The notes under the pieces were generated by a model. That model saw only the letters and a program-made list of their open reading frames with translations, ran no database searches and had not been told where the DNA came from. The position numbers were made by a program, and so were the translations under genes. This document shows positions 29,131 through 38,343 of a stretch of 63,652 nt of DNA, piece after piece; position 1 is the first letter of the stretch; every line of letters starts with the position of its first letter. The stretch comes from Bacteroidota bacterium (GTDB lineage Bacteria; Bacteroidota; Ignavibacteria; UBA10030; UBA8401). The stretch is taken from the NCBI GenBank assembly GCA_049317705.1, contig JBMOHT010000004.1, positions 1 to 63,652 of the forward strand. Reading direction: 5' to 3'.

Positions 29131-29505
29131 GTGACACATACGATATTAGTAGTAGATGATTCTTCGACCGTGCGTAAATTCGTGTCCGTATCGCTGTCCA
29201 TGCAGGGATTCCGCGTTGTGACCGCGGAGGACGGTATGGATGCACTCGAAAAACTTCCCAAAGAACCGGTGGACCTGATCATCACCGACCTGAACATGCC
29301 GAACATGGACGGGATGGAACTGATCAAAACACTCCGGACGAATACGACATTCAAGGACCTTCCTATCATCATCCTTACATCGCTGAAAGAATCTACGCTG
29401 AAGGAAGAGAGCAGCTCTATGGGAGTCGTTTCGTTCCTGAACAAACCGTTCAGTCTGGAAAAAGTACAGTACGAAGTGGCAAAATATTTAAGCTGGTCTG
29501 AATAA
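29131..29505 (+). CDS. CheY-like single-domain response regulator (second)
   Basis: GTG start. ILVVDDSSTVRKF...DLIITDLNMPNMDGMELI...LPIIILTS...NKPF. Confidence 0.85.
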   Translation: MTHTILVVDDSSTVRKFVSVSLSMQGFRVVTAEDGMDALEKLPKEPVDLIITDLNMPNMDGMELIKTLRTNTTFKDLPIIILTSLKESTLKEESSSMGVVSFLNKPFSLEKVQYEVAKYLSWSE

Positions 29506-29530
29506 CACGACATAGATAAAGGAGTATTCC

Positions 29531-29920
29531 ATGGCAATCAAATTTTTGGTGGTCGATGATTCGCTGACAATGCGCCGCATCGTTACCAATGCGCTCAAAT
29601 CCATCGGTTATGACACGGTGATCGAGGCGGGGGACGGTAAAGAGGCCTTCGCTAAACTGACGGCCGAAGGTGCGGATTTTCTGATCTCGGACTGGAACAT
29701 GCCGGAGATGAACGGTCTTGAGCTGGTGAAACTTGTCCGCTCAACAGGAGCGAACACGGAAATGCCGATCCTGATGATCACCACCCGCGGCAACAAAGCG
29801 GATGTGCTCGAAGCGATGCAGGCCCGCGTGAATAATTATATCATAAAACCGTTCACGCCGATGGCGCTGAAAGAAAAGATCGATCAGATATTGAAAGTTG
29901 TGCCGATCGAAAAGGTTTGA
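29531..29920 (+). CDS. cheY: CheY chemotaxis response regulator
   Basis: KFLVVDDSLTMRRIV...DFLISDWNMPEMNGLELV...MPILMITT...NNYIIKPFT. Confidence 0.92.
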   Translation: MAIKFLVVDDSLTMRRIVTNALKSIGYDTVIEAGDGKEAFAKLTAEGADFLISDWNMPEMNGLELVKLVRSTGANTEMPILMITTRGNKADVLEAMQARVNNYIIKPFTPMALKEKIDQILKVVPIEKV

Positions 29921-29941
29921 TCATCCACCCTTAATTTGAGT

Positions 29942-30661
29942 ATGACTATGATATCACAATTAGAGATCACGGAATTCTCTCCGAACGGCGAGAATAAAGC
30001 AGGTATGCGTCAGCTGCTCGACATGCTCCGCTCATTGATGCCGGTGTTGGACAACATCAAGAACGCCGTCGAAAATTCCTCCAGCAAGATACCGAAAGCG
30101 ACCGAACAGCTCTCCACTGTTACTCAGGCAACGGAAAGCGCCACGATGGAGATCCTGAATCTTTTGGATGATATCGGCCGCCGTGTGGAGCACGTGCAAG
30201 GGAAGATGAAAGAGATCGAGGCGGATCTTGTGAAGAAACAAGAGAGCGTCAAGAATCTTGCCGGACTCTTCGGTGCACTCACGCCGGAGCTGAAAGCACA
30301 GTTCCCATCCTTCGATGCGGACTGGAACAATCTTACCGATCTGTCGCTGCATGTGAACTCCATCAAGGAACTCACGGAAGAACTGACCGAAGTGCATTCC
30401 CTTTCCATGAACATCGCCATGGCGCTGCAGGTGCAGGATATCACTTCCCAGCAGATCGAAAGCGTACGGCATCAGATCGAATCCGTCCGTGCACAGTTGT
30501 CGTTCGTCGTCGGGCAGTATGAGGGGCGTGAAGTGGAGAACGAACCGATGGATAAAGTGAAGAAGGCATTCGACGATGATGCGCAATACAGCAAGGATGA
30601 ATCGCGTCAATCGGACGCTGACGATATCATCGCGCAGTTCGCGCAGATCAACAATCAATAA
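29942..30661 (+). CDS. CheZ-like CheY-P phosphatase candidate
   Basis: Long helical protein located between cheY and cheA. ALQVQDITSQQ (about 30434-30454) carries the DxxxQ active-site spacing of E. coli CheZ (QDLTGQ, D143/Q147). Confidence 0.55.
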   Translation: MTMISQLEITEFSPNGENKAGMRQLLDMLRSLMPVLDNIKNAVENSSSKIPKATEQLSTVTQATESATMEILNLLDDIGRRVEHVQGKMKEIEADLVKKQESVKNLAGLFGALTPELKAQFPSFDADWNNLTDLSLHVNSIKELTEELTEVHSLSMNIAMALQVQDITSQQIESVRHQIESVRAQLSFVVGQYEGREVENEPMDKVKKAFDDDAQYSKDESRQSDADDIIAQFAQINNQ

Positions 30662-30679
30662 TTCCAATCTGAGAATATT

Positions 30680-32560
30680 ATGAGTCAGCAAGGATTTTCA
30701 CAGTTCGAAGGCGAGATGGCAGAGCTACTCGACAGTTTCATTGTTGAGACCAACGAGATCTATGAGAAATTAGGACCGGACCTGCTCAAACTCGAGAAGG
30801 ATCCGACCGATAAGGAACTGCACAATCGTATCTTCCGTGCCGTCCATACCGTGAAAGGAACGTCAGGATTCCTCGGACTCGATCAGATGACCGAACTGGC
30901 GCATGTATTCGAGGATGTTCTCAACAAGATCCGCAAAGGGGAACTGGAAGTGACCCGGCACAGAATGGATGTGATGTTCGATGCATTCGATGTGCTCAAA
31001 GAATTGCTCGTCCGTGTAGAGAGCCGAAATACCGAACCGATGTCACTGGAAGTGATCATCCAGCGTCTGGTGGTGATCACCACCGATGCCGGAGCGACCG
31101 AAGCGACAGAACAGGCAGCCGGAACAATGAAAGCACCGGAACATCCTGTGGTGCCGGTTGCTGCCGAGGTCCCGGCCGCACCGGTCGTTGAGCATGCGGT
31201 CACGGTGGAGTCAAAAGAAACGGAATCCGCCGCTCTGAAAGATCATGAGAACGGTGAACAGAAAGAGAAGAAAGCGGCGGACGCGCAGCAGCATCCTGCA
31301 CAGTCCAAATTGGCCGATTCGACGATCCGTGTGGATGTGGCACGACTTGACGAATTGATGAATCTTGTCGGTGAACTCGTGCTCGGCCGGAACAGACTTT
31401 CGCAGATCAATTTCAAGATGAACGAATCCCTCGAAGGGAATCCGCTGGTGAAGGACCTTGCGGATACGAGTTCTCAGGTGGACCTGATCACGACCGAACT
31501 GCAGATGGCGGTGATGAAGACCCGCATGGTGCAGATCGCAAAAGTGTTCAATAAACTTCCCCGTCTGGTGCGCGATCTGTCCCGCGAATTGGGAAAAGAG
31601 ATCGAACTGGAGATGTACGGCGAAGAGACCGAATTGGATAAATCGATCATCGAAGAGATCAACGATCCTCTCGTGCACATCCTCCGCAATGCCGCTGATC
31701 ATGGAGTGGAAACTCCTGATGAACGTGTGAAAAAAGGGAAGGCGCCGAAAGGAAAGATCGTCGTCAAAGCGGACCATGAAGGGAACCATATCGCCATCTC
31801 CATTATGGATGACGGAAAAGGGATCGATCCCGATAAGATCAAAGCGAAAGCATTGGAAAAAGGGGTGATCACGCAGGCGCAGGCGGATGAGATGACCAAA
31901 CGTGAGATCCTGAATCTGATCTTTGCTCCCGGATTCAGCACAGCGGAAAAAGTATCGGCCGTTTCCGGCCGCGGTGTGGGAATGGACGTTGTCAAGACGA
32001 ACATCACCAAACTGAAAGGGATCGTCGATATCGAATCCGAGACCGGTCAGGGAAGCACCATCGTTATCAAATTGCCGCTCACACTCGCCATCATCCAGGG
32101 TCTGCTGGTGACATCACACGGCGAAGTATTTGCCGTCCCATTGAACTCTGTTCTCGAAGTTGTCCGTGTCCGGAAAGAAGATATCAAGACCGTCCATGGC
32201 TACGAAGTGATCTCGCTCCGCGATACCGTGATGCCGCTGGCACGTTTAGGTCAGATCTTCTCCGTGGACCACCGCGCGCAGAATTCGGAATGGCTTTACA
32301 TCGTTGTTGTCGGTCTTGCAGAAGAACGGCTCGGGATCATCGTCGATTCACTGCTCGGGCAGCGTGAAGTGGTGATCAAATCACTCGGTGATTATCTCGG
32401 CACGATCGAAGGTATTGCGGGCTCAACCATTATGGGTGACGGTAAGGTCATCATGATCCTGGATGTCGGTCAATTCATGAACATGGCCAAAGTGAAAGTG
32501 CAGGACAGACAATCACTCGAAGAATATACGAGAGAATACAGTGCTCAACAGACAAATTAG
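30680..32560 (+). CDS. cheA: CheA histidine kinase
   Basis: HPt FRAVHTVKGTSGFLGL. N box HILRNAADHGVE, G1 DDGKGID, G2 GRGVGMDVV. C-terminal CheW-like domain. Confidence 0.96.
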   Translation: MSQQGFSQFEGEMAELLDSFIVETNEIYEKLGPDLLKLEKDPTDKELHNRIFRAVHTVKGTSGFLGLDQMTELAHVFEDVLNKIRKGELEVTRHRMDVMFDAFDVLKELLVRVESRNTEPMSLEVIIQRLVVITTDAGATEATEQAAGTMKAPEHPVVPVAAEVPAAPVVEHAVTVESKETESAALKDHENGEQKEKKAADAQQHPAQSKLADSTIRVDVARLDELMNLVGELVLGRNRLSQINFKMNESLEGNPLVKDLADTSSQVDLITTELQMAVMKTRMVQIAKVFNKLPRLVRDLSRELGKEIELEMYGEETELDKSIIEEINDPLVHILRNAADHGVETPDERVKKGKAPKGKIVVKADHEGNHIAISIMDDGKGIDPDKIKAKALEKGVITQAQADEMTKREILNLIFAPGFSTAEKVSAVSGRGVGMDVVKTNITKLKGIVDIESETGQGSTIVIKLPLTLAIIQGLLVTSHGEVFAVPLNSVLEVVRVRKEDIKTVHGYEVISLRDTVMPLARLGQIFSVDHRAQNSEWLYIVVVGLAEERLGIIVDSLLGQREVVIKSLGDYLGTIEGIAGSTIMGDGKVIMILDVGQFMNMAKVKVQDRQSLEEYTREYSAQQTN

Positions 32561-33668
32561 CGTCGTCGTCGTGGATGACTCGGCATTCATGCGTAAATCA
32601 ATTACGCTGATGCTTGAAGCCGATCCGGATATCAAAGTAGTTGCAACTGCCCGGGATGGACAGGAAGGGATCGATATGATCCGGAAATTCCATCCGACGG
32701 TCGTAACGATGGATATCGAAATGCCCGGAATGGATGGTCTGTCGGCGTTGAAGATCATCATGAAAGAGATGCCTCTGCCGGTGTTGATGTTCAGTTCCCT
32801 CACGACCGAAGGTGCGGATTCCACCATGGAAGCGCTGAATCTCGGCGCGGTGGATTTCATTCCGAAGGATATGTCGTATGTGAATGTGAACATCGCCGGA
32901 AAACGGGATGAACTGATCGAGAAGATCAAGAATATCGGGAACAGTGCCACGCTTCGGCTCCGGTTCAGCAGAATGGGAAAACCGCAGCTGCACACTGCAA
33001 CCGCAGCACCCGGCGCAAAACCGATAGCATCGGTCAGGACAGTGAAGACACCTTCCCGAAGGGATTTCCAGGCGATGGTCCTCGGCATCTCGACCGGCGG
33101 TCCGTTCGCACTGCTGAATATGCTTCCGCAGCTTCCGGAGAATTTTCCGCTGGGTATCGCTATCGTGCAGCACATGCCTCCCCGCTTCACACATTCGCTC
33201 GCCGAGCGGATCAACTCGCTGGCAAAACTGACGGTGAAAGAGGCGGAAGAAGGGGATATTCTTGAACAAGGGATCGTGCTCATCGCGCCAGGCGGAAAAC
33301 ATTTAACGTTCAGGAAATCCGGTTCAGAGATCATTGCCAAGATCTCCGATCTGCCTTCCACAACATTGTATCGCCCTTGTGCAGATATCATGATGACATC
33401 GGCTGTAGAGACGTTCAACGCACCGCTGCTCGGCGTGATCATGACCGGCATGGGGAAGGATGGTCTTGAAGGACTCCGGCTGTTGAAGAAAAAAGGGGGA
33501 TATGTCGTTGCTCAGAATGAAGAATCGTGCGTTGTCTACGGCATGCCGAAAGCAGTCGTCGATGATGGAATAGCTGATGCTGTCGTCCCGCTGGATGATG
33601 TCGCATCGGTCCTTTACCAAACTTGTACAGGCCGTTCGTATGAATCAAACAGAGCAGTCCTCCACTGA
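32541..33668 (+). CDS. cheB: CheB methylesterase (CheB2)
   Basis: GTG start overlapping the cheA end. VVVVDDSAFMRK...MDIEMPGMDG; ISTGGP, VQHMPP, GMGKDG. Confidence 0.93.
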   Translation: MLNRQISVVVVDDSAFMRKSITLMLEADPDIKVVATARDGQEGIDMIRKFHPTVVTMDIEMPGMDGLSALKIIMKEMPLPVLMFSSLTTEGADSTMEALNLGAVDFIPKDMSYVNVNIAGKRDELIEKIKNIGNSATLRLRFSRMGKPQLHTATAAPGAKPIASVRTVKTPSRRDFQAMVLGISTGGPFALLNMLPQLPENFPLGIAIVQHMPPRFTHSLAERINSLAKLTVKEAEEGDILEQGIVLIAPGGKHLTFRKSGSEIIAKISDLPSTTLYRPCADIMMTSAVETFNAPLLGVIMTGMGKDGLEGLRLLKKKGGYVVAQNEESCVVYGMPKAVVDDGIADAVVPLDDVASVLYQTCTGRSYESNRAVLH

Positions 33669-33933
33669 TCATTTCACAGCATTCACTCCGACTCCGATCG
33701 CGAAGGATACTCCCCGCAGGTCGCAGGGGAATATCGTGAAGGATGTGAATTATAAACGTCTGGAACTCGATCAGCTCCATACCGCGACACCGCGCTCCCA
33801 TTCGAATTCACACTCACACTCAGGGGAACCCAAAGTGATCATCAACCGGAGCGGTGAACTCATCGAAAGTATCGAATTTGTCTGCTCCTGCGGTCAAAAA
33901 AAGACAGTTTCGTTCAATTATGAGGGTGAATAA
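33640..33933 (+). CDS. Hypothetical 97-aa protein (C-terminal CSCG motif)
   Basis: ATG 33640 overlaps the cheB2 end by 29 nt. No recognisable family. Last ORF before the flgB promoter. Confidence 0.35.
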   Translation: MNQTEQSSTDHFTAFTPTPIAKDTPRRSQGNIVKDVNYKRLELDQLHTATPRSHSNSHSHSGEPKVIINRSGELIESIEFVCSCGQKKTVSFNYEGE

Positions 33934-34018
33934 TTAGCAGCTGGCGAATATTCACCACACCGTTAGAACCTTCAATTCTCATTCCTCAGTTTTTCCTCTA
34001 AATTCCTCACTTTTCTTT

Positions 34019-34034
34019 TGGCATTCCAGTTGCA
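34019..34034 (+). promoter_or_regulatory. Sigma-54 type -24/-12 promoter upstream of the flgB operon
   Basis: TGGCATTCCAGTTGCA is an exact fit to TGGCAC-N5-TTGCW spacing. It lies 29 nt before ATG 34063 and 192 nt before flgB. Confidence 0.65.
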
Positions 34035-34062
34035 CTGCAATATGGGAAAGAAAGGTAATTGT

Positions 34063-34212
34063 ATGAACAACAAAAGTATGCTCGGTTCATTGACATTCGG
34101 CGCGATCGTGCTTGCCGGATTGATCGGAGTGCTTGCATTGCTGAAAGATGCAACGGAAGCGCAGAATGATATCGCGGTTGATGAGATCAACGATTCACCG
34201 ATTGGAATCTAA
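34063..34212 (+). CDS. Possible 49-aa single-TM protein
   Basis: MNNKSMLGSLTFGAIVLAGLIGVLALL... lies downstream of the sigma-54 site. The TTG 34018 start in the ORF track falls within the promoter motif. Confidence 0.3.
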   Translation: MNNKSMLGSLTFGAIVLAGLIGVLALLKDATEAQNDIAVDEINDSPIGI

Positions 34213-34225
34213 GGAGAATCACCCT

Positions 34226-34651
34226 ATGGCACTGTTTGACGAAACGAAGATCCCGATACTTTCCAACGCATTGAATGCATACACCCTTCGTCACAAAGTG
34301 ATCTCGGCGAATATCGCCAACATCGGTACGCCCGGTTATAAAGCAAAAGCTGTTGATTTCGAGAGCACACTCAACGATCAGCTCGCAAAGGGGAGCGTCG
34401 GCACAACGGTCACCAATAAGAATCATTTCGATCTTTCCTCCGCACATTCCACCGGAGGCGCGGCACCGTCGATCGTCGAAGCGAACTCCGATACATTCAG
34501 CGAAGAGGAAATGAAGAGCGGCATCAACGATGTGGATATCGATTCAGAGATGGCAGAGATGGCAAAGAACCAGATCCGTTTCAAATATGTTTCAAAACTC
34601 CTCGGTGACAACTTCCGCAGTCTCCAAAAAAGTATCAGAGGGCAGGCATGA
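34226..34651 (+). CDS. flgB: Flagellar basal-body rod protein FlgB
   Basis: AAGGAG RBS. LSNALNAYTLRHKVISANIANIGTPGYKAKAVDFE. Confidence 0.9.
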   Translation: MALFDETKIPILSNALNAYTLRHKVISANIANIGTPGYKAKAVDFESTLNDQLAKGSVGTTVTNKNHFDLSSAHSTGGAAPSIVEANSDTFSEEEMKSGINDVDIDSEMAEMAKNQIRFKYVSKLLGDNFRSLQKSIRGQA

Positions 34652-35145
34652 AAATTGATCAATTCTTCAAAGGATTGAACATTAGTGCTCACGGATTGAG
34701 CGCACAGAGAAAAAAAATGAATGCGATCGCTTCGAACATCGCGAACGCAGAAACTACCAGGACAGAAGAGGGCGGCCCGTACGCCCGCAAGATCGTCATG
34801 ATGAGCGAGAAAGCCGGCGATAGATTCGGCGGAATGCTCGGCTCGGAAACCTTCCAGCTGAATACCACAGACAGCAGTCACATCGGATTCGCCGAAGTCG
34901 GCGTGCGCGGTAATGATGTACAGACCACCGGAGTGTCAGCGGATGAGGAGATCGATCAGACACCGTTCAAAATGGTGTATGATCCCAGTCATCCCGATGC
35001 GGATGATGCTGGATACGTGAAGATGCCCAATGTGAATGTGGTGAACGAGATGGTGGATATGATCTCGGCGACCCGTTCCTACGAAGCGAATGTGACAGCG
35101 ATTAACGCTGCAAAAACTATGGCCAAAGACAGTCTGGAGATCTGA
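34648..35145 (+). CDS. flgC: Flagellar basal-body rod protein FlgC
   Basis: ISAHGLSAQRKKMNAIASNIANAETTRT...VKMPNVNVVNEMVDMISATRSYEANV. Confidence 0.93.
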   Translation: MKIDQFFKGLNISAHGLSAQRKKMNAIASNIANAETTRTEEGGPYARKIVMMSEKAGDRFGGMLGSETFQLNTTDSSHIGFAEVGVRGNDVQTTGVSADEEIDQTPFKMVYDPSHPDADDAGYVKMPNVNVVNEMVDMISATRSYEANVTAINAAKTMAKDSLEI

Positions 35146-35147
35146 TC

Positions 35148-35447
35148 ATGTCAATCTCATTGAATACCAATATCTCATCAACGCTGCCGGTCTCCGATGC
35201 ACGTACATCATCCGTCATCAAACGGACCCCGCAGACTCCCGCCGGTGCACCGAAAGCGAATTTCGAAGCATTGGTCAAATCCGCTCCCGAAATGGGGAAC
35301 AGCGACGTAGTGACGGGTGAAGAGAAACAATTCTTCGCCGAGCTCTTCCCGAAAGAATCAGAAGCGATCCGTTCCTACGGCGGGTATTCACCCTCCGGTG
35401 TGAACAAACCGGTGCAGCTTGGCACCATTATCGATATGAAGGGATAG
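35148..35447 (+). CDS. Hypothetical 99-aa protein inserted between flgC and fliE
   Basis: Tightly packed, with 2-nt gaps on both sides. Ser/Thr/Pro-rich N-terminus and an EEKQFFAELFP segment. No family recognised. Confidence 0.5.
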   Translation: MSISLNTNISSTLPVSDARTSSVIKRTPQTPAGAPKANFEALVKSAPEMGNSDVVTGEEKQFFAELFPKESEAIRSYGGYSPSGVNKPVQLGTIIDMKG

Positions 35448-35449
35448 CC

Positions 35450-35758
35450 ATGAAAGTCAGTCAGGCACTTACACTGCTGCCGAATGTTGAGAATACCATC
35501 AACCAGAGATCGGTTGATAAAGCACTTCAGCAGACGAACGACTCATTCGGCGCGATGCTCAATAAAGCGATCGGCGATGTAAACTCACTGCAGACCGAAG
35601 CAGGAAAAGCAGTGGAGAACCTCGTCACCGGCGATGCGCAGGACCTGCATGAAGTGATGATCGCCGTGGAAAAAGCACGCACCAGTTTCGACCTCCTGAT
35701 GGAGATCCGGAACAAGACCGTTGATATGTACCGCGAGATCATGAGAACGCAAGTGTAA
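35450..35758 (+). CDS. fliE: Flagellar hook-basal body protein FliE
   Basis: FGAMLNKAIGDVNSLQTEAGKAVENLVTGDAQDLHEVMIAVEKARTSFDLLMEIRNK. Confidence 0.9.
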   Translation: MKVSQALTLLPNVENTINQRSVDKALQQTNDSFGAMLNKAIGDVNSLQTEAGKAVENLVTGDAQDLHEVMIAVEKARTSFDLLMEIRNKTVDMYREIMRTQV

Positions 35759-35779
35759 TCTGAGACGATTGAGAGAACT

Positions 35780-37309
35780 ATGAATCAATTTGCTGAATTT
35801 CTTCGACGCCTTACCGGAACTCAAAAAGCGCTCATCGGTACCGTCACGGTTGCCGTCTTCATCGGCATCATGGCGCTGGTGAATGTGGTGAGCAAACCTT
35901 CCTACGGCGTGCTTTTTTCCAATTTGAACGAACAGGATGCATCCAAGATCGTCCAGGTGCTGAAAGAGAAGACCATCCCGTTCATGCTGGATGATAACGG
36001 AAAATCGATCCTCGTCCCCAAAGATAAACTCTATGAACTCCGCCTCGATATGGCATCCGCAGGACTCCCGAACTCCAGCATCATCGGATACGAGATCTTC
36101 GACCGGACCAATCTCGGCATCTCGGATTTCGTGCAGAAGATCAATTACCGCCGCGCTCTCGAAGGGGAACTTGCACGGACGATCCTCATTCTGAACGAAG
36201 TCGAAGGTGTGCGCGTGCACATCGTTACTCCCGAAAAGGCGCTGTTTAAGGAAGATGAAAAACAAACGACCGCTTCCGTTGTTCTGAAATTGAAATCCGG
36301 CAAGCCGCTCAAGCGCGACGCGGCACAAGGGATCTCTCACCTCGTAGCCAGCAGCGTTGAAGGACTGGATGCATCGAATGTGACCATCCTCGATACACGC
36401 GGCAATGTCCTCTCCGAAACGAACAAAGCCAACTCACTCGCAGGAATGACCTCCACTCAGTATGAACTTCAGCAGAAAGTGGAAAGTTATCTCGCACACA
36501 AAGCACAGGCGATGATGGACGGTGCACTCGGCATGGGGAATTCCATCGTCCAGGTGAATGCCGAACTGGACTTCCGCCAAGTGGAACGGAATCAGGAACA
36601 GTATGATTCCGAGAATCCTTCCATCCGCAGCGAACAGACCACTGAAGAGAAGACCATCCTCCGTGATTCACTTCCTCCTTCCACACGTTCCAATTCCGTG
36701 ACGAACTACGAGATCAGCAAGACCGTGGAACACATCGTGGAGAATGTCGGGAATATCAAACGCCTTTCCGTTGCCGCTATTGTGAATGACAAAGCCGTGA
36801 CGAAAGAGGTGGACGGTGTAAAGAACACAGAATACAAAGGCCGCACGACGGACGAAATGAACAGAATAACGGAGATCGTGAAGAGTTCTGTCGGATTCAA
36901 TCCCGTGAGGAATGATGATATCTCCGTGGTGAATATGCCGTTCGATACCATGAACGAACAGCTGCTCGTGACCGAAGAACAGACACCGCAGCAATGGAAT
37001 GACATCGCTGTGAAGGTCGTGCTTGTTCTTGCCATGGGTGCAGCGATCTTCATCATCCGCTCGCTGCTGAACCGCCTGAAATTCAAAGTGATCGAACCCG
37101 AGGATGTCGTCTGGGGAAATAAGGTCTCCGGTGAACTTTCGCAGGGGACTCCGCAGAACAAACGGATCCATCTCCCCGCAATGGAAGATGACGTTCCGAT
37201 CGAAGTAGCTCTGAAAACGGAACGCCGCATCCAGATCCAGGATTATGTGAAGAAACAGCCGGACGAAGCGTCACGGCTCATTAAAGTATGGTTGTCTGAA
37301 GAAGTGTAA
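35780..37309 (+). CDS. fliF: Flagellar MS-ring protein FliF
   Basis: YGVLFSNLNEQDASKIVQVLKEKTIPFMLDDNGKSILVPKDKLYELRLDMASAGLP. Has a C-terminal TM. Confidence 0.93.
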   Translation: MNQFAEFLRRLTGTQKALIGTVTVAVFIGIMALVNVVSKPSYGVLFSNLNEQDASKIVQVLKEKTIPFMLDDNGKSILVPKDKLYELRLDMASAGLPNSSIIGYEIFDRTNLGISDFVQKINYRRALEGELARTILILNEVEGVRVHIVTPEKALFKEDEKQTTASVVLKLKSGKPLKRDAAQGISHLVASSVEGLDASNVTILDTRGNVLSETNKANSLAGMTSTQYELQQKVESYLAHKAQAMMDGALGMGNSIVQVNAELDFRQVERNQEQYDSENPSIRSEQTTEEKTILRDSLPPSTRSNSVTNYEISKTVEHIVENVGNIKRLSVAAIVNDKAVTKEVDGVKNTEYKGRTTDEMNRITEIVKSSVGFNPVRNDDISVVNMPFDTMNEQLLVTEEQTPQQWNDIAVKVVLVLAMGAAIFIIRSLLNRLKFKVIEPEDVVWGNKVSGELSQGTPQNKRIHLPAMEDDVPIEVALKTERRIQIQDYVKKQPDEASRLIKVWLSEEV

Positions 37310-37320
37310 GGGACTCATCA

Positions 37321-38343
37321 GTGAAAACAGATAGTTTGGCTCACAGAGAATTGACCAATAAGCAGAAGGCTGCCATCCTCATGATGTCTCTCGATGTTGA
37401 GACGGCAACGAAGATGATGCGCGGTCTGAATTCGGATGAGATCGAGAGCCTCACCGTGGAGATCACCAACATGCGCGGAGCACATTCCACGCAGCTGGAT
37501 GAAGTGAACGAAGAGTTCCATAACCTGATCAAAGCGCAGGAATACATGATCCAGGGGGGTATCGAGCAGGCACGGAAATTATTGGAAAGTTCGCTCGGCA
37601 TCTCCAAAGCGAAAGATGTGATGGATAAAGTGAAATCGCTGACCAACATCACCGGTTTCGGAATGCTGAAAAAAGCGGATGCACAGCAGCTCGCAAGTTT
37701 CCTTCACAAAGAACATCCTCAGACCATCGCGCTCGTTCTTTCCAATCTGACGATGGATCAAACGGCGAAAGTACTGAATGAACTGAACGACGATCTCCGC
37801 AATGAAGTGGTGATGCGTATGGCGACCCTCGGTAAGGTCTCTCCGTCCCTCATCAGTGAGATCGAAGAAGTACTGACGAATGTTGCCGAAGCGGAGATCA
37901 GCCAAAATATGAGTTCACTTGGCGGCACGAAATCGGTTGCCAATGTGCTGAACAAGATCAACACCGTTACCGCGAAGACGATCCTGGAATATATCGAACA
38001 TAAGGACACGCATCTTGCCACCGATATCAAACGGCTGATGTTCCTGTTCGAGGATCTGATGTATGTGGACGACCGGAGTATCCAGCGTATTCTGCGTGAA
38101 GTGGATAAGAAGGATCTTGCACTCTCAATGAAGGTTGCAGACGATAATCTGAAAGATAAGATCCTGAAGAATATGTCCGAACGTGCACAGGAAATGCTGA
38201 AAGAGGAATTACAGTTCATGGGTCCGGTCCGACTGAAAGAAGTGGAAGCGGCACAGACACGCATCGTGCTGATCGTGAAGCAGCTGGAAGAGAGCAACGA
38301 GATCATCGTTGCAGGAAGAGGAGTCGAAGATGTCATCGTGTGA
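37321..38343 (+). CDS. fliG: Flagellar motor switch protein FliG
   Basis: GTG start. LTNKQKAAILMMSL...MSERAQEMLKEELQFMGPVRLKEVEAAQTRIV. Confidence 0.93.
   Translation: MKTDSLAHRELTNKQKAAILMMSLDVETATKMMRGLNSDEIESLTVEITNMRGAHSTQLDEVNEEFHNLIKAQEYMIQGGIEQARKLLESSLGISKAKDVMDKVKSLTNITGFGMLKKADAQQLASFLHKEHPQTIALVLSNLTMDQTAKVLNELNDDLRNEVVMRMATLGKVSPSLISEIEEVLTNVAEAEISQNMSSLGGTKSVANVLNKINTVTAKTILEYIEHKDTHLATDIKRLMFLFEDLMYVDDRSIQRILREVDKKDLALSMKVADDNLKDKILKNMSERAQEMLKEELQFMGPVRLKEVEAAQTRIVLIVKQLEESNEIIVAGRGVEDVIV

Noticed and set aside
32513-33451. Long antisense ORFs such as 32513-33451, 35585-36340, 46932-47711, 57115-57897 and 58292-59125 (all minus strand)
   Set aside because: Each lies opposite a + strand gene with unmistakable family motifs (cheB, fliF, fliM, HDOD, kinase). 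Their products are low-complexity with no motifs. They are typical shadow ORFs.
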